Shown here one piece after another: positions 14,111 through 20,000 of a DNA stretch of 20,000 bases (position 1 is the first letter of the stretch; the number at the start of each line of letters is the position of its first letter). This DNA is from an uncultured virus (IMG/VR IMGVR_UViG_3300047322_000758) (Duplodnaviria; Heunggongvirae; Uroviricota; Caudoviricetes). Where the stretch lies: IMG/VR virus record IMGVR_UViG_3300047322_000758; one strand, 5' to 3'. The notes under the pieces were generated by a model, which saw nothing but the letters and a program-made list of their open reading frames with translations, made no database searches and had not been told where the DNA came from. The translations under genes and the position numbers were made by a program.

Positions 14111-15337
14111 CTATGCGTTGACGTTGAGGGTCTTGACGGCGAACTGATCGAAGACGTCGTAGCCCTCAACCTCTGAGAGGGTGATGACCTGCGTCTGCCG
14201 CTTGATCCACTTATCGACTTCGCTGATCTCGCTGCCGATTTCGACCACACGCTCAATCGCCCACTGGCGGTCGAACCCGATGATCTTGAGCGACGGCGCC
14301 GCAGTGGTATGGCCGACGCGAACACTATCAGCCAAGCCAGGATTGATTGGAGCAAATGAGCCGTAGGTGCTTGCCGGCAGGAATGCCAGCGGGATATTGG
14401 CGCTGCCAGCGTTCAGAAGCTCCAACTGCAGGTAGACGTCATCCTGGACGATGGCATGGGTGATGCTGTACGGATTGACGAACTTCAGCTTGAACGCGAG
14501 CCAGGCCTTGAGGGTCAAGGTGCCCGCAGTCGCGCCAGTATCGAGCGCGGTCAAGTTGTAATTCGTCGCGGCCGTATTGGCGTTGCCGTCACCGTTCAGC
14601 ATGATGTCGAGAATGGCGGCCAGCTTATTGATCTCGGTCCGAAGGGCGATACGTGCCAGGTGGAGCGCCACGAGGTCGATTCGGCGGCGCCGCATCTCTT
14701 CGTAGGTGAGCTCAATGGCCCTGCCGTATTTCTTCAGCCTGATGGTGTGGTCACCGCCGGTCAGCTTCGCCGTCGGGAGATCGGTTCCTTCAGGAACGCG
14801 GACCAGTGTCTCCTGGTCTGCCGCGTCCGTCAGGTAGAAGGCTCGGTAGTCCTGGCCTTCAATCGGGCTCGTGATGGCGATCACTTCGCTGATCGGGATG
14901 GCCGGCTGAAGCTGGAAGTATCGCGCCTGCGCCGCGTCGACGTAGGGGCGCATGACGGACCCTGGCGGGAACTGGTCAGACGTGTATATGGCGCGTTGAC
15001 CGCCATACTTCACACGCCGAGCGACCCGTGCTGCCCATTCAGGGACCATAGCGCGAGCGTTGGGGTCTTTCTCGAAGGCTTCGTAGGGGGAAGCCCACCG
15101 GCCGCTCTCATAGTCCGGGTTCTGGATGATGCCAGCAACCCGCATCATGCGGCTGAAGGCGTCGAGCCCGTCTTCGGTCGGGTCTTCGTCCTCGAGGAAG
15201 GCCGAGAGGCTCTGGCCGGAGTTATACGCCTCGCGATACAGACGGCCGTCGTGCATTCGCTCGAACAGGTCGCCGACACTCGTGCGCATTGCATCGAGTG
15301 GCCCGGCCCGGTGCTGGTCTTCTCTTAGAGCTACCAC
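14111..15337 (-). CDS. Major capsid protein, HK97 fold (408 aa)
   Basis: GTG start with AAGGGAG SD. E-loop/P-domain motifs RVPEGTDLP and IRLKKYGRAIELTYEEMRR; spine helix ending IMLNGDGN. Confidence 0.92.
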   Translation of the reverse strand: MVALREDQHRAGPLDAMRTSVGDLFERMHDGRLYREAYNSGQSLSAFLEDEDPTEDGLDAFSRMMRVAGIIQNPDYESGRWASPYEAFEKDPNARAMVPEWAARVARRVKYGGQRAIYTSDQFPPGSVMRPYVDAAQARYFQLQPAIPISEVIAITSPIEGQDYRAFYLTDAADQETLVRVPEGTDLPTAKLTGGDHTIRLKKYGRAIELTYEEMRRRRIDLVALHLARIALRTEINKLAAILDIMLNGDGNANTAATNYNLTALDTGATAGTLTLKAWLAFKLKFVNPYSITHAIVQDDVYLQLELLNAGSANIPLAFLPASTYGSFAPINPGLADSVRVGHTTAAPSLKIIGFDRQWAIERVVEIGSEISEVDKWIKRQTQVITLSEVEGYDVFDQFAVKTLNVNA

Positions 15338-15380
15338 TATGTTCTCCCTTCAGGCCGTTAGGCCATTCGATTCGCCTGCT

Positions 15381-15809
15381 TTAGTCGAGGTCGACGATAA
15401 CGGCAGTCGTGTCGTCGTTATCAACGATGCGGCCGCGGCACAGGCCAAGTTCTCCAGCCGTGCCGGTCGCAACCTCGCGGATATACCCACGGGCAGATGA
15501 CAGCAGCGCTCCGACGATGGCCTTACCAAACGTAAGACTTGCGCCGGTCCCTGCGGGCAGTTTCGTGTAGCCGCCCGTCTGGACGCTGCAGAACCCATCA
15601 GCCTCCACGGACTGCAGCCGGCCATAGACGGCTTTCCCGTCTTCAGCCAGTGCGACCGTTCGGTCGTCGACCAATTCCACGGCCAGGTCAACCATGGCGC
15701 TTCCACGAGCCAGCGTTGCATCGTAGGTGATGGTGCTGGCGTCGATGGTGGACGGTGTGTATTCGGCGTGCATTTCGCCGTAGTCGATGACAGCTCTCGG
15801 ATCAGACAT
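15381..15809 (-). CDS. Capsid decoration / cement protein (142 aa)
   Basis: GAGGAGG SD; between the protease-scaffold and capsid genes; Gly-rich beta pattern (VALAEDGKAVYGRL, CSVQTGG). Confidence 0.75.
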   Translation of the reverse strand: MSDPRAVIDYGEMHAEYTPSTIDASTITYDATLARGSAMVDLAVELVDDRTVALAEDGKAVYGRLQSVEADGFCSVQTGGYTKLPAGTGASLTFGKAIVGALLSSARGYIREVATGTAGELGLCRGRIVDNDDTTAVIVDLD

Positions 15810-15834
15810 TTCTCGTTACCTCCTCTTATTCCAG

Positions 15835-17436
15835 TTAGACCCGGTAGGCGAAGTCGGGCACGGTCCGCTTCTTCGGTGGCTCGCCTTCCTGCCGAAGCTC
15901 AGTCTGCCTGCCGCCGAGTGCAGTGCCGTTCCCCTTCAGGAAGGCATTGGCGGCAGTGCGCCAGTCATCCCGCATCTGCTTGATGACCGGAATTGTCGAA
16001 GCCTCGAGCACCGCCCGATAGGTCTCGGCCTTGAAGTCGTTGCCGTGCGCTCGCACGCCCTCTTCAATAGCCTCGTCGATCAGGTCGGACCGATAGGCTC
16101 GGCCATCGTCTGCCAGCGGACGAAGTCGCGTCAGATCGTTACCCATGGCGCGAATCGCGGCCACAGGCTCGAGCGTGGCGTAATCTCCACCGGCCTCGCT
16201 GATGACAGTTCGGATGGCATCTTCGGGAATCCCGACGACAACCGAACCTGCTGTTACGGCTTCCTGCCGCTCATCCATATCCCCCATCTCCTTCACCTCC
16301 TCAGTGGTGTCGACTCCGGCGAAGCGACGGGGGGCAAGGGCCGGCAGTCGGACGCGATAGCGATTCGCCATGAACCGCAACGACGTGGGCCCGAGGCGCT
16401 CCAATAGCTCCTCGTGAGCCTTGAGAATCATGGCGCCCGGTGTGGCACCGTCGTAGACGCAACTTGTTTCGGAGAGCCTGGCGTCATGAATCCACCCGAA
16501 GGCAGCCTCGCCATCGGCTCCGTTCGCAAGGCTGTAGACACCGCCGAACATGACGGCGATGTGCTCGCAGTGGTCAAACATGCCAGTGGATTCGTGCCCA
16601 CACTCTGAGCAGCGAATCGAGCCGCCATAGAACCCGACCGAAACGTCGCGGACGATACCGGAGCGCATGCCGCGGATGAGGTCGTTCGTGTTGACGCCAT
16701 TGAGGGTCAGGTCGGGAATCGTATAGAAGGTCGCATCGGTGCGCTTGCCGCCCTGGCTGCGCCCATCGTGATACTGGCCGTCGATGCTCTGGCCGAACCC
16801 GAGCTCGCGGTGGTTGTGGCTGTTCTGGAAGCTAACTCCAGTCCTGGCATCCTCGGCGAAGTTCCGGAGCGTTGAGTCGTGCATCTGCGTGTCATAGGTG
16901 TCGCGATGCTGATTGCTGATTTCCGCTCGCCAGATGTACGGCGGTGAATCCTCGAAGATTGATGGGTCCGGCGCCCTGCTCATCGCCATGGCGGTCATCT
17001 CGGGCGACTGGTTCATCCCGCGCACGTAGGCGGGAATGGCCATGCGGACTTCTTCGGACTCTTCGAAGGATTCGCTGATAGCAGATTTGCCACCACCTTC
17101 GCCGAACTTGCTCTGGTAGGACTTCATATGTCCCATTGCGGTGTCCTTCTGCGCCTGGCTAGGGCCATTGGTATCCGGGATACGGCGCACGCAGGCGTCG
17201 ACGCCGCCCTTGCGGGCCTTGAGCGTGCCGCCCGTGACCTGTGCAAAGGCATCCTTGTAGGAACCGCGCAGCTTCGGCGCCGCGGAGTCCTGGAAGTTGA
17301 ACCCGCGCTTGGCTTTCGCCGGGTCGAAGTCGGTGCCGCCGGCCCACTCGAAGATGCTGTTCTCAGCAGCGCCGCCGTCCCATCCGTCTCCATTGTCGAG
17401 AGGCAACCCTTGGTCGCCCGTTACTGTCCAGGCCAT
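15835..17436 (-). CDS. Prohead protease-scaffold fusion with an extra N-terminal domain (533 aa)
   Basis: GGAGG SD. HK97/assemblin-type catalytic motifs FQNSHNH (His), RDVSVGF (Ser) and LSETSCVYDGATPGA; helical acidic scaffold-like C-terminus. Confidence 0.85.
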   Translation of the reverse strand: MAWTVTGDQGLPLDNGDGWDGGAAENSIFEWAGGTDFDPAKAKRGFNFQDSAAPKLRGSYKDAFAQVTGGTLKARKGGVDACVRRIPDTNGPSQAQKDTAMGHMKSYQSKFGEGGGKSAISESFEESEEVRMAIPAYVRGMNQSPEMTAMAMSRAPDPSIFEDSPPYIWRAEISNQHRDTYDTQMHDSTLRNFAEDARTGVSFQNSHNHRELGFGQSIDGQYHDGRSQGGKRTDATFYTIPDLTLNGVNTNDLIRGMRSGIVRDVSVGFYGGSIRCSECGHESTGMFDHCEHIAVMFGGVYSLANGADGEAAFGWIHDARLSETSCVYDGATPGAMILKAHEELLERLGPTSLRFMANRYRVRLPALAPRRFAGVDTTEEVKEMGDMDERQEAVTAGSVVVGIPEDAIRTVISEAGGDYATLEPVAAIRAMGNDLTRLRPLADDGRAYRSDLIDEAIEEGVRAHGNDFKAETYRAVLEASTIPVIKQMRDDWRTAANAFLKGNGTALGGRQTELRQEGEPPKKRTVPDFAYRV

Positions 17437-17438
17437 GG

Positions 17439-17921
17439 CTATACCTCCCGTCCCCAGACGATCCCGCTGACCGAGCCTGATGCGGTCACGTCCAGCTGGA
17501 GCGTGTCGTTATTTGCCCCTGGCGCAATGCCGCCACCGAGATTCGGGCCCGCGATGCCGATGAGTGCAGCCATGGTCGGCGTGCGGGCAAACTCTGTATG
17601 GCTGCTGCCGTACTTCAGAATCACGGAGCCGGCGACGGTCAGCGAAAACTGCCAGCCCATGATGACGAACTTCTTGCCCGATGTCGGCGTCCAGATAGCA
17701 GCAGACGGTGTGTTCGCGGTGACGGCCAGGGCTGCAATCGTCTTCAGCACCGTCGGAGTCGCCTGCGCCACGGTAGCGTCCAGCGCGAGGTTGGTCGGCG
17801 AGAGCGTCACGCTGCCGATGGTCGCGCCGTTGTACTCGCTGTAGGTGCCATCTCCGTTGTCATGGAGAAGGACGCGGAAGTTGCCGTCAATGTCAGTGCG
17901 GCGAACCGAGATATCAGCCAT
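17439..17921 (-). CDS. Putative virion structural protein, beta-rich (160 aa)
   Basis: Start moved to ATG 17921 (AGGAG SD). DNGDGTY motif, then a beta-sandwich-like C-terminal region (IWTPTSGKKFVIMGWQFS). Confidence 0.65.
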   Translation of the reverse strand: MADISVRRTDIDGNFRVLLHDNGDGTYSEYNGATIGSVTLSPTNLALDATVAQATPTVLKTIAALAVTANTPSAAIWTPTSGKKFVIMGWQFSLTVAGSVILKYGSSHTEFARTPTMAALIGIAGPNLGGGIAPGANNDTLQLDVTASGSVSGIVWGREV

Positions 17922-18255
17922 GCGGCTGCTCCTGTTGAGTCCCAAATGGCGCACCGAGCTTCTCGAGCTCTCGCGCATCCTCGAAAGCCTGGAGGTAGTT
18001 GGTATAGATGACAAGGAAATCAGCGAGGTCGAGCCACGGCAGCTTCGCCCATTCCGTCGGCGGCAGACGGTGTCGCATCACGTATAGCTGCGCATCAACG
18101 AGCTGGCCGTGGGCCGCGGCGATGGCGACGTTATCGGACTGTGGCTGCTGAGACAGCTCGACGTAGTTATGGAGGGCATTCGCCAGGTCGCCGTAGTCGA
18201 TAAGTTCGGCGATCTTGGCCGCTCTGGTATGGAACTGGAAGCTAGATAGGTTCAC
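17914..18255 (-). CDS. Hypothetical helical protein (about 113 aa)
   Basis: Start moved to GTG 18255 (AGGAG at 18265-18261). The longer track ORF would overlap the zinc-ribbon gene. Confidence 0.62.
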   Translation of the reverse strand: MNLSSFQFHTRAAKIAELIDYGDLANALHNYVELSQQPQSDNVAIAAAHGQLVDAQLYVMRHRLPPTEWAKLPWLDLADFLVIYTNYLQAFEDARELEKLGAPFGTQQEQPHG

Positions 18256-18439
18256 CACGTCTCCTATCGTCGTCACGCGATCGGCGCAAGTCGCCTTCTG
18301 TAGGCCTTGCGGTCTTGCCGGGCCTACGTGCTGGCCCCTTGAATGACAGCTCGGTGCCGCAGATACGGCAGAAACGGTCGGCTCCTGTGGGGACAGTCGA
18401 TCCACAATTGCTGCAGGTAGTCGGGGATGCTGCACTCAT
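18242..18439 (-). CDS. Small zinc-ribbon protein (65 aa) with an Arg-rich tail
   Basis: CSNCG...RFCRICG pattern; ATGA overlap with the portal stop. Confidence 0.68.
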   Translation of the reverse strand: MSAASPTTCSNCGSTVPTGADRFCRICGTELSFKGPARRPGKTARPTEGDLRRSRDDDRRRGEPI

Positions 18440-19986
18440 CGCGTACCGACCAGTGAAACGATGTTGCCGCCGTCTCCGATGGGTTCTGAATTGCCGGTGC
18501 TCGGCTCCTCGTTCGGCGGCAGGCCACCACCGCCTTCGCCCACCGCTGGCTGGTCGGTGACCGGATAAACGCGAGGCTCCGGCTGATCGGGAGGATGACC
18601 AACGGACTTCATCGAAGCCTCCTCCTGGCTGGTGTAGCCTCGGTCGTACTCCATCGCGTTATTCTGCAGCTTGAGCCCACGCGCCTGCTCGTCCCTGAGC
18701 GCCTGCGTGGCCCGCAGCTGACCGAACGTGGTGACGACCTTGGCCTGAATGCCCTGGGCCCGAAGCGCCAGTTGCTTCTGGGCGCTGATCATGGCCGCGG
18801 CGAGCTTTTGCAGCGATGCCAAGCCGGAGACCTGAATCTCCCACTGCCGGTTTGCGTTGGCTTCGCTCGACCCGTCGGTGAGCGCCATCATGATCGGCAT
18901 GCTCTTGATCGCACGAACGGACTGCCGCTCGAGCACCTCGATGATGGAAGAGATGCCGCCAATGGAGCGGGCGTCGACGGTGCCGACGGGGCCACTCACC
19001 TCGATGGCGTCCATGTGGATATAGGCGTCATCGGGCTCGAGCTGCGCGTACTTGGCCGCAATCTCCTTCATGGTCAGGTCGATCCATTCCTTCGACTTGG
19101 CCGGAGACATGCGCACCTCGGCGGGCATCAGGCCCATAAGCGCCTGGAGGTTGACCGTAATGGAGATGCGGGGGTAGCCCTGCTGGCCGATGACGCGGCG
19201 CATGTCGTGCAGCAGCGTGAGCAGGAACAGCGTTGGGAAGAGCGCCGGGCCCAACATTGGCCGGCCGTAGGGAACACCCGGCATCGGATCGATTGGCACA
19301 TAGCGAATCGTCGGCCTGGCCATTGGCACAAAGCCGCCAAACTCAACCGTCTGGTTCGACAGAGGATATTGGAACTGACCCAGCACCCAGACCGGACCGC
19401 GAATGGGGTCGTACTCGCGCTTGAACCGGAAGGTGGACGGGTCGGGCGTCACGTAGTCGATTGGCAGACGGCCATTGGCATCGAGCACGAGCTCTGAGCA
19501 CATGGCGCCGCGCATGAATGCCTGAATGAAGTGCTCGTTCCAGACGCGGTCCGGCGAGCCGTACATATTGCCGAGATGTTGGTCGAAGGCGTCGAGCGCT
19601 CGCTGTGCCTCTGGGTGCGGCTCGTTGGTATCGACGACGAACGCCTGCGAGGTGACGGACGGATTGCACATCCTGGTCAAGTCCCAGAGCGCCTTCGAGC
19701 AGTCCGGGCTCAGGTCGACCAGCCAGTCGAGGATTTGATTGATGGGAAAGCGGCGCAGCGTCTGCTCGTCGGCGCGAAAGAACTCCCAGGCCCCCTCCGC
19801 ATTGGATGGCGGCAGGATGATGGGCAGCGTCGGCATTTGCTGCGGGAAGTCGCGAGAGAGTCGTCCGGGAGACAGGACGGTAAGAACGCCCGCTGATTCG
19901 GCCAGCTCGAGAGCCAGTTGCGGTGTCGGTGTAGGATTTGCGGTCGCCCGCTCGTCCTCGGCAGGCGCTGTGCGCTTACGCGGCAA
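18436..19986 (-). CDS. Portal protein (516 aa; start uncertain near the window edge)
   Basis: Size and position upstream of the protease; motifs RGAMCSELV, PYGRPMLGPA, GYPRISI and GSSEANANRQ. Confidence 0.87.
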   Translation of the reverse strand: MPRKRTAPAEDERATANPTPTPQLALELAESAGVLTVLSPGRLSRDFPQQMPTLPIILPPSNAEGAWEFFRADEQTLRRFPINQILDWLVDLSPDCSKALWDLTRMCNPSVTSQAFVVDTNEPHPEAQRALDAFDQHLGNMYGSPDRVWNEHFIQAFMRGAMCSELVLDANGRLPIDYVTPDPSTFRFKREYDPIRGPVWVLGQFQYPLSNQTVEFGGFVPMARPTIRYVPIDPMPGVPYGRPMLGPALFPTLFLLTLLHDMRRVIGQQGYPRISITVNLQALMGLMPAEVRMSPAKSKEWIDLTMKEIAAKYAQLEPDDAYIHMDAIEVSGPVGTVDARSIGGISSIIEVLERQSVRAIKSMPIMMALTDGSSEANANRQWEIQVSGLASLQKLAAAMISAQKQLALRAQGIQAKVVTTFGQLRATQALRDEQARGLKLQNNAMEYDRGYTSQEEASMKSVGHPPDQPEPRVYPVTDQPAVGEGGGGLPPNEEPSTGNSEPIGDGGNIVSLVGTR

Positions 19987-20000
19987 CGATTATCCGTTGG

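Noticed and set aside
15338..15380. GGCC-TAAC-GGCC mini-hairpin before the capsid gene as another copy of the leader motif
   Set aside because: The CCGTTAG similarity is in the opposite orientation, the stem is only 4 bp, and the gene has a normal SD.
92..19896. Numerous plus-strand ORFs (e.g. 9349..10254, 14456..15328, 18595..19497, 4635..5300)
   Set aside because: They lie antisense to well-supported minus-strand genes, show no recognisable motifs, and are expected shadows in GC-rich coding DNA.
1..20000. Contractile tail, gene transfer agent, diversity-generating retroelement, intron or intein
   Set aside because: No sheath or baseplate wedge genes, reverse transcriptase, template/variable repeat pair, homing endonuclease or intein motifs were seen. 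Phage versus prophage status cannot be decided from this window.

Overview
The whole window is one minus-strand morphogenesis operon of a GC-rich, long non-contractile-tailed (siphovirus-type) phage or prophage. Read from right to left it encodes: portal; three small accessory ORFs; a prohead protease-scaffold fusion; head decoration protein; HK97-fold major capsid protein; a head fibre-like protein; head-tail connectors; an inserted secreted CAP/PKD protein; a Com-like zinc-ribbon protein; HK97 gp10-like protein; tail terminator; major tail protein; tail assembly chaperone with a -1 frameshift; an inserted Pro/Thr-rich LPKTG protein; tape measure protein; a minimal Dit; four small tail-region ORFs; and a beta-helix fibre/spike gene that runs off the left edge and is missing from the ORF track. 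No terminase, integrase, lysis, RNA or CRISPR genes were seen. The most notable signal is a twin-hairpin RNA element of matching architecture in front of the gp10-like and tape measure genes, two genes that have neither a clear Shine-Dalgarno site nor a coupled upstream stop. One copy lies directly after the Com-like gene and the other directly before an apparent ACG start codon, suggesting a translational control circuit for tail assembly. All family assignments come from motif recognition and gene order, not database searches. A monoderm, possibly Chloroflexota-like, host is only an inference.
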